A stretch of 44,957 nt of DNA from Spirochaetia bacterium (GTDB taxonomy: Bacteria > Spirochaetota > Spirochaetia > CADAEX01), in the NCBI GenBank assembly GCA_963662265.2, contig CAXXHA010000023.1:1-44957 (forward strand), read 5' to 3'. The notes under the pieces are model-generated. The model worked only from the letters and a program-made list of their open reading frames with translations. It made no database searches and was not told the DNA's origin. Of this stretch, positions 9,696 to 19,572 are shown piece by piece. Both the position numbers and the translations under genes were made by a program. Position 1 is the stretch's first letter; every line of letters starts with the position of its first letter.

Positions 9696-11741
9696 TTAAA
9701 TTGTCCTTGTCAAACTGTTGACATTAAGTATGAGCGCGATTCTTCCGTCTCCCATAATTGTGGCGCCGGAAAAAGTTTTTGCGTTACTGAATACTTTTCC
9801 AAGATTTTTAATTACAGTCTGATAATCTCCTATAACTTCATCAACAACCAGCCCGAACTTGGTGTTTTCTGTATTTATTATTACAATCTGTTCCCTCTCG
9901 GGTAGTTCAGATTTATAACTGAGCATGTTTCTGAGAGCAATATAAGGTATAAACATATCCCTGTAATGGATAATATTTTTATTCCCCTCTTTCTGCTCTT
10001 CAGCATCATTCCGGTCAATACACGCTTCAATACTTGAAAGCGGAAGAATATAATGATCTTCCTCAACCTTGACGAGAAGACCGTCAATAATAGCAAGTGT
10101 AAGAGGCAGAGAAATTACAATCTTTGTGGATTTACCCTCTTCCGATGAAAGGACTACATTACCCTGAAGATTGTCAATTTCCTTCTTTACAACATCCATC
10201 CCGACTCCGCGGCCTGAAACACGGGAAACAGATTCTGCAGTTGAAAAGCCGCTCTGAAAAATAACATTATAAAGCTTTTCATCAGAAATAGATTCATCCG
10301 GAGCAAGAAGCCCTCTTTCAACAGCTTTCTGACGTATAACCTCACGGCTGATACCTTTTCCGTCATCTTCTATAGTTATGTTGACATGACCGCCTGAGTG
10401 TTCTGCGGAAAGACGTATTGTCCCTGTGTCATCCTTACCGGCAGCAATTCTTGTGTCAGGCTGTTCAATACCATGATCAATACTGTTTCTGATTATATGA
10501 ACCAGCGGTTCTTTAAGTTTATCAAGAACAGTCTTGTCAAGCTCTGTTTCCTCTCCGACTGTTACAAGTTTTATCTTCTTTCCAAGCTCTGCGGAAAGAT
10601 CTCTTACAAGCCGCCTGAATACACCGAATGTCTGCCCGACCGGAATCATCCTTACGCCGAGAACAGAATCTCTCAGTTCTTCTGTCAGTCTCTGAAGCGA
10701 TTCCGCAATATTTGTCAGCTCATAGTTGTTGGTATCCAGAGTATACTGATTAAGCTGAGCCTGAAGTGTAACAAGCTCTCCGACAAGGTTTACAAAATCA
10801 TCAAGTTTTTCAGTGCTTATCTTGATATTCTGCTTGGCAGCCTGTTTGCTGTGGATCTTTTTAAGGTGCTCCTGCTCAAGCAGGGCAGCCTCAACCTCAT
10901 CCCTTGAAACAATGTTTTTCTCTATTAGCTCTTCACCGATTTTCTTTTTCTGCTCAAGCACGTTATTGACAACATCAGAACTCACTACGCCCCTGTCAAT
11001 CAGAATTTCCCCTATTTTTGCAACATCATCACCATCTGCCAGTAATTCATGAGCAGCCTCTTCTATGGATATTTCACAGTCTGATTCAACAAAAAGGAAA
11101 ACATCCCTGATCTCTGAGACCGGTTTTTCAGTAGTAAGAAAAAGGTTCCATCCGATATAGCACTTATCATTTTTAAGTTCATTCAGAGCCGGAAGCATGG
11201 CATCATCAACATCAATTGTCAGTGTTCCAAGCTCCTGAAGTTCTTTTATTATGAGAAGAGGGTTTGATCCCTTTTTGAAGATATCCTCATCCGGAAAAAA
11301 ACGGATCTGATATGTCTTTTCAAGTGTTGAGACTTTCTTTTCGGCTTTTTTTACCGCAGGCCTGCTGCTTTTTTCTGTAACCCCGAGTTTTTCCTCAATC
11401 TTCCGGATTTTATCATCAACAGAAGGGTCTGAGTTATCAAGGAGGGAAAGGATAATATCCCTGGATTCCAGGGCGATATTCGCGGTTTCAGATGTAAATG
11501 ACATATCACCGTTTCTGATTTTATCAAAAACATCCTCAACCATATGTGCAAACTTATATATTTTATCCTCGCCAACCATTCCTGAAGAACCTTTTATTGT
11601 ATGCATTACACGGAAGACTGCATCAAGGTTTGACTTATCGTCAGGATTATTCTCAAGGTCAAGAAGAAGCCCTTCCAGTTCTGAAAGAAGTTCCTCTGTT
11701 TCATCCATAAAAGTCTGTTTTATCTGATCAGCTATTTCCAA
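9696..11741 (-). CDS. cheA: Chemotaxis histidine kinase CheA
   Basis: Hpt FRVMHTIKGSSG, LVGELVT dimerisation, HIIRNSIDHGIE, DDGKG, SGRGVGMDVV, C-terminal CheW domain; start moved to TTG at 11741 behind AAGGAG. Confidence 0.96.
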   Translation of the reverse strand: MEIADQIKQTFMDETEELLSELEGLLLDLENNPDDKSNLDAVFRVMHTIKGSSGMVGEDKIYKFAHMVEDVFDKIRNGDMSFTSETANIALESRDIILSLLDNSDPSVDDKIRKIEEKLGVTEKSSRPAVKKAEKKVSTLEKTYQIRFFPDEDIFKKGSNPLLIIKELQELGTLTIDVDDAMLPALNELKNDKCYIGWNLFLTTEKPVSEIRDVFLFVESDCEISIEEAAHELLADGDDVAKIGEILIDRGVVSSDVVNNVLEQKKKIGEELIEKNIVSRDEVEAALLEQEHLKKIHSKQAAKQNIKISTEKLDDFVNLVGELVTLQAQLNQYTLDTNNYELTNIAESLQRLTEELRDSVLGVRMIPVGQTFGVFRRLVRDLSAELGKKIKLVTVGEETELDKTVLDKLKEPLVHIIRNSIDHGIEQPDTRIAAGKDDTGTIRLSAEHSGGHVNITIEDDGKGISREVIRQKAVERGLLAPDESISDEKLYNVIFQSGFSTAESVSRVSGRGVGMDVVKKEIDNLQGNVVLSSEEGKSTKIVISLPLTLAIIDGLLVKVEEDHYILPLSSIEACIDRNDAEEQKEGNKNIIHYRDMFIPYIALRNMLSYKSELPEREQIVIINTENTKFGLVVDEVIGDYQTVIKNLGKVFSNAKTFSGATIMGDGRIALILNVNSLTRTI

Positions 11742-12084
11742 TTTCAGCTCCTTTCCGTCCCAGGAACGGGAAAAGAATTTCTGAAAAACCTGTATTTTCA
11801 AGAAATCCGTAATCTGTTAGTTTCTTTGCAAGTGTCTCATCCAGAGGCCCCTTGAATTCAACATGCATATCATTAAGCAGGCATTCTTTATAAAAGGAGA
11901 GGAGAATCTGGAGAGATGAAAGATCTGCATTCCCAACTTTACTGAGATCAACAGTGGCTTTGGAATATTCCATATCAAGAACAGATTTCAACTTTTCGAG
12001 AAGTTTTGCATTGTTGTTGATCTTAAGTTCACCAGGGAGAACAAGCAAAGCTCCTTTACCGCTTTTAGCTGTTTTCGCTGTCAT
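11728..12084 (-). CDS. STAS domain protein
   Basis: LVLPGELKI..VDLSKVGNADLSSLQILLS pattern typical of STAS proteins next to cheA; start at 12084 behind AAGGA. Confidence 0.8.
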   Translation of the reverse strand: MTAKTAKSGKGALLVLPGELKINNNAKLLEKLKSVLDMEYSKATVDLSKVGNADLSSLQILLSFYKECLLNDMHVEFKGPLDETLAKKLTDYGFLENTGFSEILFPFLGRKGAEIGNS

Positions 12085-12595
12085 TTTTATCATCCTTTGA
12101 AACTTCACTACCCTTAGGGATAAGAACAAGTTCTTCTGTGCTCAGTACTTTGTTGATATCAAGAATAATCAGAAAACTGTCATTATGCTGGCACATACCG
12201 TGAATAAAATCGGATTTAAGATCAAGGCCTATACTGGGAGCAGGTTCTATCTGGCTGGAAGCAATATCAATTACCTCCTGGACAGAATCAACAAACGCTC
12301 CGATAAGCATTACTTCATCATCTTTTGCATTAATTTCAAGAATAATGATACTTGTATCGATAGTCTGTTCTTCCTCTTTAATTCCGAATTTTCTTCTTAA
12401 GTCAATTACAGGAACAACACTTCCCCTCAAGTTGAGTACACCCTTCATAAAATCAGGCATACCAGGTACCCGTGTTATCGGTACAATTTCGAGAACCTCT
12501 CTTACATTTAGAACTGACACAGCATAATTTTCGCTGTGGAGGCTAAAAGTCAGGTATTGTGATATTTCGTTATTCAGCATATTCAACATCTCCAT
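12065..12595 (-). CDS. cheW: Chemotaxis coupling protein CheW
   Basis: QYLTFSL, VREVLE..ITRVPGMPDFMKGVLNLRGSVVPVIDLR, VDSVQEVI. Confidence 0.95.
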   Translation of the reverse strand: MEMLNMLNNEISQYLTFSLHSENYAVSVLNVREVLEIVPITRVPGMPDFMKGVLNLRGSVVPVIDLRRKFGIKEEEQTIDTSIIILEINAKDDEVMLIGAFVDSVQEVIDIASSQIEPAPSIGLDLKSDFIHGMCQHNDSFLIILDINKVLSTEELVLIPKGSEVSKDDKNDSENS

Positions 12596-12922
12596 TCTGT
12601 AATAATAAAACGTGTTTTGTCTGCCGGAACGACACCGGACAGAAGAGCCTTTTTCACGGTAACTGTAATAAACGCAGAAATCTCTTTATGTATAAAATCT
12701 TTTTTAATACAGCTTCTGTATGAATTAATGCTCTATAATAACAATATAATTTATTTTCACTTCAGATATCCAGTTTTTTTATTTTTTTAATTTTTTTTAT
12801 TAATAAGTCAGATATGAATTATTTAATTCAGATACCTGAAAATACCTGAAAAACTGTGCCCTCCGGTCTGCCGGAATAATTATAGAGCAAAAAAAATCCT
12901 GCAGAATATTTACATCACCCTA

Positions 12923-12951
12923 TTGCTTTTAACTATACATATGTTTAGTAT
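12923..12951 (+). promoter_or_regulatory. Sigma70-type promoter of umuDC overlapped by a palindromic operator (candidate SOS/LexA box)
   Basis: TTGCTT(12923)-17 bp-TAGTAT(12946); 18-bp palindrome ACTATACATATGTTTAGT (12932-12949) with one mismatched pair. Confidence 0.65.
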
Positions 12952-12957
12952 TTATAT

Positions 12958-13389
12958 ATGAGTACTTTTCACATGCAGAAACTGAAAATATTTAAGGAAA
13001 ACATGCCCCTGATAAAACTGTATGAAGACAGGATAAAATGCGGTTTTCCCAGTCCGGCGGAAGGATATGCAGAACAGGAAATAGACTTTAACAGATATGT
13101 AGTAAGCCATCCCTCCTCTTCCTACTGCTTCTTTGTAAAAGGGGATTCCATGGAGGGACTTCACATTTCAGAGGGAGATCTCATAGTTGTAGACAGAAGC
13201 ATCCCGCTTGAATCGGGAAAAATAATTATATGCTGCCTGGACAGGGAGTTTACATTGAAAAAATTTGTGAGAAAAGGGCTGGAAGCCTGGCTGTGTCCTG
13301 CAAATCCTGATTACAAAGCTGTACGTCTTACCGAAGAATCAGATTTTGAATACTGGGGAACAGCAGTGAGCCTTGTTCGCAAACTGTAA
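12958..13389 (+). CDS. umuD: DNA polymerase V accessory subunit UmuD (S24 peptidase)
   Basis: Cys-Gly cleavage site in CGFPSPA, catalytic Ser in VKGDSM, Lys in FTLKK; no N-terminal HTH; upstream of umuC. Confidence 0.92.
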   Translation: MSTFHMQKLKIFKENMPLIKLYEDRIKCGFPSPAEGYAEQEIDFNRYVVSHPSSSYCFFVKGDSMEGLHISEGDLIVVDRSIPLESGKIIICCLDREFTLKKFVRKGLEAWLCPANPDYKAVRLTEESDFEYWGTAVSLVRKL

Positions 13390-13506
13390 AAAAATACAGT
13401 AAACCGCCCCTTAAGGATTGAATGCTTAAGGCATTATTCGGATGCAGGCCCCATGGTGCACGCAGGTTATTACCCCCTATAAAGCAAGGGGGGGGATTAA
13501 ACCTGC
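13383..13506. other. Structured umuD-umuC intergenic segment (consecutive stem-loops)
   Basis: ACTGTA/TACAGT, CCTTAAG/CTTAAGG (13409-13431) and GCAGGTT..CCCCCT/AGGGGG..AACCTGC (13462-13506) inverted repeats. Confidence 0.6.
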
Positions 13507-13548
13507 CTCGAGAATAAATAAGAGGAACAGCTGTAAGGAGTATAAAAA

Positions 13549-14910
13549 ATGATCGCACTTGTTGACTGCAACAGCTTTTACGCATCATGCGAGAAAATAT
13601 TCCGCCCCGACCTGAGGGATCGTCCCGTTGTTGTCCTTTCAAACAACGACGGTTGCATTGTGGCTGCTTCGGGCGAGGCAAAAGAGGCCGGTATAAAAAG
13701 GGCCCAGCCGCTATTCGAACAGAAACAGCTGATAAAGCAGAAAAAGATAGAAGTTTTTTCCTCCAACTATGCTCTCTATGCAGATATCTCAAGGCGCATA
13801 ATGGAACTGCTTAAAGAGATGTGCCTTAATGTCGAGATATATTCAATTGACGAGGCGTTTACAGTACTTCCGTCAAGACTGAAGGGAAATGAAATTACAC
13901 TGTTTGCCTCAAAAATACGGGAATATATACATCAGTGTACAGGAGTTTCCGTATCCGTAGGAATCGGAGAGACTAAGACTCTTGCAAAAATTGCAAACAG
14001 GATGGCAAAGAAAATAAAACTTCCAGGACCGCAGGGGTATTCTGCAGGCAGGAGGGAAGAGTATAATGATCCGTTCCATGAGGGGGCGGAGCGCAGAAGA
14101 CAAAAACCTCCTTCAGGCATATATATAATTGATTCAGCAAATATTGATAAGGCGCTTCGAGCTACTTCAGTCGAGGATATATGGATGGTGGGGAGGCAGT
14201 ATGCATTTATGCTGCATGAAAATTCTATTCACACAGCGCTTGACCTCAGAAATGCTGAAAGCTGGTGGATCAGAAAGAAAATGACAGTTACCGGATACAG
14301 GACACAGTGTGAGCTCAAAGGAATACCTTCTTTTGACCCTGAAGACATAGCTTCCCCCCGCAGGGGAATAATTGCATCAAAACAGTTCGGAAGGCCGGTT
14401 ACAGGAATTGAAGAACTGAAAGAGGCTGTCGCAGAGTATGCTTCAGAGGCAGCTGAGAAGCTTCACAAACAGGACTCATCAGCATCCTCTTTCACAGTAT
14501 TTCTGGAAACAAACCGCCACAGGGAAAACGAAAAACAGTATAAAGCAGCATGGACAGTAAAAACATCAGTCCCTGTCGACTATGTTCCGGCAATAACAGC
14601 TGCCTGCGAAAAAGCACTTGCCGAGATTTACAGGGAGGGATACAGGTACAGGAAAACAGGGGTGATTATTACAGATATATGCAGCAACAGCAAAAAACAG
14701 CTCTCCCTCTTCACAGACAGAAGGGAAGAGGAAGAGAAGAAACTGACACACGCAGTGAGGGAAATAAACAGGAAATACGGACGCAATACTGTTGCAAGCC
14801 TTTCGGCAGGGACTCCAAAAAGAAAAAAGGAATGGCTCATGAGGAGGGAAATGCTTTCCCCCGGCTATACAACCAGAATCGAAGACTTTCCGGTTGTATA
14901 TGCTAAATAA
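13549..14910 (+). CDS. umuC: Y-family DNA polymerase V catalytic subunit UmuC
   Basis: IALVDCNSFYASCE, VVLSNNDGC, SSNYALY, YSIDEAF, C-terminal WLMRREMLSPGYTT tail. Confidence 0.95.
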   Translation: MIALVDCNSFYASCEKIFRPDLRDRPVVVLSNNDGCIVAASGEAKEAGIKRAQPLFEQKQLIKQKKIEVFSSNYALYADISRRIMELLKEMCLNVEIYSIDEAFTVLPSRLKGNEITLFASKIREYIHQCTGVSVSVGIGETKTLAKIANRMAKKIKLPGPQGYSAGRREEYNDPFHEGAERRRQKPPSGIYIIDSANIDKALRATSVEDIWMVGRQYAFMLHENSIHTALDLRNAESWWIRKKMTVTGYRTQCELKGIPSFDPEDIASPRRGIIASKQFGRPVTGIEELKEAVAEYASEAAEKLHKQDSSASSFTVFLETNRHRENEKQYKAAWTVKTSVPVDYVPAITAACEKALAEIYREGYRYRKTGVIITDICSNSKKQLSLFTDRREEEEKKLTHAVREINRKYGRNTVASLSAGTPKRKKEWLMRREMLSPGYTTRIEDFPVVYAK

Positions 14911-14967
14911 AACCAGGTATTCTGCAAAATTAACGTTTATTTATTTAAAATCCGATAAATATATATC

Positions 14968-15786
14968 ATGTTTAGAAATATTTATTCTTTAACATTACCG
15001 GTCCTGATACTTATCATAGCTGGATGCAGCGGTTCTGCCGGAGGAGGCGGATCTGCATCTGATACAGGGGCAGCAGAAACAGGACTCCCTGAAACAGAAA
15101 AGGAAACAGCGATTGTACAGGACAGGGGAAACGGTATTATAGCGGGACTCAACCTGAATGAAAATATATCTGAAGAAGAATCAATAAGTGTTGGCGGTGA
15201 AATCAGCTGGATACCGGGACTGGATGGCAAAGCACTTTTACTTGATTCAGACGGAGAATTTATTTCACTTCCTGACAGCGATGATCTTGATCTGCCCGGA
15301 AACGGATCTGTTTCAGTCTGGATTCATCCGGCAGAGCATATAGATTTTGCAGGAATACTTCATAAAGGAATAAAGAAGGATTTTTCAGATGAAGCATGGT
15401 CTCTCCAGTACTGGACAGGCCACAAGCCTGCCATAATTCTTCATAATGCAGGCGGTACAAAAAAACAGATTACAGCAGATTCCTCCCTTGAACTGAACAG
15501 ATGGCATCATATTGCAGCCTGCTGGGGTTATGAAGACACAGAGGGGAAATACCTGTTAAGATTCTATGTTGATGGCGAAAAAAAGGGGGAGAAGGATATA
15601 GCATCCTTTCTGCCGCTCATGAATTCCTCAGGGGATCTTATTATCGGATCACAGCTTCCGGAATCTCACAGTTCAAAATACGGCCATATCACTTTCAGGG
15701 GCGCAATAGACAATATAATCATATATAACCGTTTTCTAACTGATGCTGAGGTAAAAGAGCTTTTCAATGAATATTCCGGTAGCTGA
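14968..15786 (+). CDS. LamG/concanavalin A-like domain lipoprotein
   Basis: Lipobox IIAG-C, low-complexity linker, SVSVWIHP, WHHIAACW, FYVDG, LIIG, FRGAIDNIIIYNRFLTDAEV. Confidence 0.85.
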   Translation: MFRNIYSLTLPVLILIIAGCSGSAGGGGSASDTGAAETGLPETEKETAIVQDRGNGIIAGLNLNENISEEESISVGGEISWIPGLDGKALLLDSDGEFISLPDSDDLDLPGNGSVSVWIHPAEHIDFAGILHKGIKKDFSDEAWSLQYWTGHKPAIILHNAGGTKKQITADSSLELNRWHHIAACWGYEDTEGKYLLRFYVDGEKKGEKDIASFLPLMNSSGDLIIGSQLPESHSSKYGHITFRGAIDNIIIYNRFLTDAEVKELFNEYSGS

Positions 15787-15829
15787 TTATTGCTTGTTTT
15801 CTTTAAACATAAAAAGTTTCAAACTGTCA

Positions 15830-15865
15830 AACTTTCCGGCCTGAAAGACAGAAAGGCGGAAAGTT
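15830..15865. terminator. Stem-loop between convergent genes, probable terminator
   Basis: AACTTTCC..GCCT / AGGC..GGAAAGTT inverted repeat between the LamG and MCP stop codons. Confidence 0.55.
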
Positions 15866-15943
15866 AATTTCTGAAACCTTTAAAATCAGATTTATGCAAT
15901 AGAAAGAAACATGTTAAAACATACATCATAAAACTGATTCAGT

Positions 15944-18094
15944 TTAAAACTCGGTAAATCCATCATCTGATACATTATCAACGTCCACATGTTCAGGAAT
16001 TACTTCTTCGCTTTTTTTCACAGGCTTCACCTCAGAAGCAGGTTTAAATGTATGAGTTTTTTTGATCTTTTCAGCGGAATCTGCAGGAGGTTTTTCATGT
16101 ATCTTTGTTTTCTTTTCAGCAGAACCTGTCTTATGTTTCTCAGTTTTCTTTTTACCTTTTTCTGCAGCACCTGCCTTACGCTTCTCAGATTTCTTTTCAT
16201 CTCTTCCTGAAGTTTCAAACATATCAGATTCAGCACCGAACTGCCCGATTTTGAAAAAAGAAACTGTCGACTGCATACTTGATGCCTGGCCGTTAAGTTC
16301 CCTTGCCATGGAAGCCATCTTTTCCGAAATCTCGGCATTCTGCTGGATAACTGTATTCAGCTGCATGATACCACTGTTAACCTGTTCAGCGCCTGCTTTC
16401 TGCTCATTGCTTGCATTAGAAATTTCCTGAACAAGTTCAGCTGTCTGATTGATTCCGTCTGTAAGTGTTTCCATCTGCGAATCAGCATTTTCAGCCTTCT
16501 TGACGCTTACTTCAGAAATATCTGAGATTTCCTGTGATGATTCCTGGCTGCGTGAAGCCAGTTTTCTGACCTCATCAGCAACAACAGCAAACCCCCGTCC
16601 TGCTTCACCTGCACGGGCTGCTTCAATTGCCGCATTAAGGGCAAGCATGTTTGTACTCCGTGCAATTTCATCAATTATCGCAATTTTCTCAGAAATAATC
16701 TTAATTGCCTCAACAGTCTCATTTACTGTTTTTCTTCCCTCAACAGCATCACCGGACGCCTGCTGTGCAATAGTATTGGAAGTAACCGAGTTCTCGGAAT
16801 TCTGCTCGATATTTGCAACAAGTTCCTCCATGCTGGAAGATATCTCTTCAGTACTGGCAGCCTGTTCGCTTGTACCGGATGATATCTGCTGAGCTATCGT
16901 ATCTATTTCAGAACTTCCTATGCTTACCTGGGAAGAAGCCGATCTGATATCCCCGACAACACTTACAAGGTTGCTGCTCATCTCGGAAAGAGAGGCTGCA
17001 AGCATTCCGATTTCATCTGTCCTCTTCATGACATCTGATCCTATATCAAGATCAAGATATCCCTTTGACACTTTCAGAAGATTTTCAGAAATTGCGGTTA
17101 TAGGTCTTGTTATGCTTTTGGCCAGGAAAAAACTGATTACAACAAAAACAGCCATCGAAATTATAAATGCAACAATAAAGAAGGTCATCAGATATCTCTG
17201 TCCCCTCAGAACCTCTTCCATTGAAGGGACTGCAAGCAGTATCCATCCGTTCTCCAGCTTTGTATAACCCAGAAGCTGTCTGCCGGAATTCAGGACACCT
17301 GACATCTCATCACTGCTCAGCACAGCCTTATACTCATCAAGATCTTCAGGATAGATCTCTTCCATATTTTTTCCTTCATCTGTAGGATGTGCCAGAAATT
17401 TGAGGTCCGGGTTGAGAAGAGCATAATACCCGTTCTCAAGAAAGCTTTTTGAAAGGAGAGCTTTCTTCAGATCTGTAATGAAAACATCACTGCCCGCAAC
17501 ACCTACAGTCCGCCCCTGAAGCTTTATCGCGACAGTGTATGAAACAATATCTGCATTGAAATCTTCCCAGTAATACGGATCAGTAATATATTCACCCTCC
17601 TCCTCGCCCAGCCTGAACCATTCCCATCCGGATGAATTGATGTCGGCCCTTGTATAGGAAGCTGTAGTATATAAAGTGATATTCCCGTCAAGTTTCTGGT
17701 TTCTGACTGAAATTTCCTGGACATCGGAGGTATATTCAGGGGAAAACCATGCATAGAGATTCAGCATGTTCCGCCCGCGGATAACAGGGGCTGCGATATT
17801 TTCTGCAAGCTTGAAATATTCTGTAAGCCTGGCGCTGTCTGAAAGGACATCCATTGTAAGTGTATCTTCGACATAAAATTTGAAGAAATCCACAAGAGCA
17901 CGCTGTGATTTGAAAAATCCTGTAAATTCCTTACCCCAGGAATCTGTTGCCGTGACAAGAAGATCATCTGTTGATTTTCTCAGCTGGCTTGTAGAAATTG
18001 AAGCTGAAATTATGAGAAATAATGTAAGTATTATTATAAAAGGCACTATTGTATTTAAAAGCACCCGGTACAATAGTTTTTTCATTATTATCAC
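15944..18094 (-). CDS. Methyl-accepting chemotaxis protein (TM-Cache-TM-HAMP-MA) with C-terminal pentapeptide
   Basis: Two TM helices, ITDPYY Cache motif, [44 protein letters not shown], charged linker ending GFTEF; true start may be a few codons downstream. Confidence 0.95.
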   Translation of the reverse strand: MIIMKKLLYRVLLNTIVPFIIILTLFLIISASISTSQLRKSTDDLLVTATDSWGKEFTGFFKSQRALVDFFKFYVEDTLTMDVLSDSARLTEYFKLAENIAAPVIRGRNMLNLYAWFSPEYTSDVQEISVRNQKLDGNITLYTTASYTRADINSSGWEWFRLGEEEGEYITDPYYWEDFNADIVSYTVAIKLQGRTVGVAGSDVFITDLKKALLSKSFLENGYYALLNPDLKFLAHPTDEGKNMEEIYPEDLDEYKAVLSSDEMSGVLNSGRQLLGYTKLENGWILLAVPSMEEVLRGQRYLMTFFIVAFIISMAVFVVISFFLAKSITRPITAISENLLKVSKGYLDLDIGSDVMKRTDEIGMLAASLSEMSSNLVSVVGDIRSASSQVSIGSSEIDTIAQQISSGTSEQAASTEEISSSMEELVANIEQNSENSVTSNTIAQQASGDAVEGRKTVNETVEAIKIISEKIAIIDEIARSTNMLALNAAIEAARAGEAGRGFAVVADEVRKLASRSQESSQEISDISEVSVKKAENADSQMETLTDGINQTAELVQEISNASNEQKAGAEQVNSGIMQLNTVIQQNAEISEKMASMARELNGQASSMQSTVSFFKIGQFGAESDMFETSGRDEKKSEKRKAGAAEKGKKKTEKHKTGSAEKKTKIHEKPPADSAEKIKKTHTFKPASEVKPVKKSEEVIPEHVDVDNVSDDGFTEF

Positions 18095-18300
18095 CCCTTA
18101 TAATCAAGAATAGTATCAGCAGGCCAATATTTCAAATCAAATATATAGTATTTTCATTTTGCTTCAAAGGAGATATAACAGTGACATGAAACAGATATTC
18201 AACTTGTATGGACTTACAGAAGACATACTATTTTGCTGCATAACTGGAAAATATTTTTATACAAATAATAAAACAGGAAGAAAAACAGACAGATATGCTT

Positions 18301-19422
18301 TCAGTTTTCATATACACAGACGCGGTTTCTTCCGCTCTGCTTTGCCGTGTAGAGAGAGCTGTCAGCCTTGTCAAATATGTGATCAAATACAAGATCATCA
18401 TTTTCAAAATCTGTATCAGGCGAATACACCCCCGCACTGAAACTGTATTCAATTAAAGAATCCCTGTACCGGACCTGAAAATTTGATTTATCACCCCTGA
18501 TACGGTCAATAATATTATATGCTGAGGATGAATCTATACCCGGCATCAGGCAGATAAATTCCTCACCTCCGAACCTGGCAAGAATATCTGTCTCCCTGAG
18601 ATTTTTCCGCAAAGCTGAACTGAACTCGGAAAGTACAAAATCTCCTGCGCTGTGGCCGTATGTATCATTTATTCTCTTGAAATAATCAATATCAATAAGC
18701 ACAACTGTAAATATTCTTCTGGTTCTCTTAAACCACTTCAGTTCCTGTTCCGCAAAATCAATAAATGCTCTTCTGTTAAGCAGCGAGGTAAGCTGATCAT
18801 GGGAAGCGAGGAATTTAAGTTTTTTTTCAGCATTCATGAGTTCAATCGAAAAAATATACAGTGTCCATGTTATTCCGGCGATGTTGAATATTAATGTTAT
18901 ATAGAAAGAAACAAGCTGTTCTGTACCAGACAGTGGTTTATAAAATATATTCAAATCAAAAAATATACTGAACAGGAATGCTGCTATATTCAGACAATTC
19001 ATAAACAACCTGTATTTTTTTTCATCAGGAGAAAAAAGTATATAAGAAACAGGTATCAGACTCAGATGGTAGTAGTGGTATCCGGTCTCTTTAGAAAAAA
19101 ACAGCACAGAAACAGAAAAAATATGAAAAAAATAGCTGATTGAAAACCACAGTTTACCGGCCAGATACGCCTTTCTGTGGATAAGATAAAAAGTAAATGT
19201 ATAGGGGAGCAGGAAAAAAATATTGAACAGAAACAGCTTATACCCGAAACGGCACAGGTACCACGGGGAATAAAAGCTGATTGCTGAATAGGTGATAAAA
19301 ACACATATTATGAGAACTTTTACATGATAGTCCTGCAGCTTCCATAATTTTTCCAGTGACAGGCGAAAAGCAGATGTTTCCTTCATTTTTCGATTATGAT
19401 AAGAATGCCCTTTAAAATTCAA
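18301..19422 (-). CDS. Membrane-bound diguanylate cyclase (GGDEF domain)
   Basis: Hydrophobic N-terminal helices, HDQLTSLLNRR, DIDYFKRINDTYGHSAGD, I-site RETD, ARFGGEEF; start uncertain. Confidence 0.92.
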   Translation of the reverse strand: MNFKGHSYHNRKMKETSAFRLSLEKLWKLQDYHVKVLIICVFITYSAISFYSPWYLCRFGYKLFLFNIFFLLPYTFTFYLIHRKAYLAGKLWFSISYFFHIFSVSVLFFSKETGYHYYHLSLIPVSYILFSPDEKKYRLFMNCLNIAAFLFSIFFDLNIFYKPLSGTEQLVSFYITLIFNIAGITWTLYIFSIELMNAEKKLKFLASHDQLTSLLNRRAFIDFAEQELKWFKRTRRIFTVVLIDIDYFKRINDTYGHSAGDFVLSEFSSALRKNLRETDILARFGGEEFICLMPGIDSSSAYNIIDRIRGDKSNFQVRYRDSLIEYSFSAGVYSPDTDFENDDLVFDHIFDKADSSLYTAKQSGRNRVCVYEN

Positions 19423-19572
19423 GAATAAAACTGTCCATATTACAACTCTGTTTATACATTTTCTTATAGATTTAATTTTATCTATAACCAGTAATTTTAT
19501 TACTGTAATTAATCAGGAAGAAAGACTTTCCGGCAGTTGACAATAAAGCCTATCAATATTATACAGCCTCAG

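Noticed and set aside
12615-12700. c-di-GMP riboswitch in the cheW leader
   Set aside because: Only one hairpin (TCTG.CCGG/CCGGCAGA) is visible; conserved class I/II motifs not found by eye
12958-13389. LexA repressor call
   Set aside because: No N-terminal DNA-binding domain; size and position fit UmuD
12958-14910. umuDC as marker of a prophage or ICE
   Set aside because: No integrase, transposase, att-like repeats or phage/conjugation genes in the window
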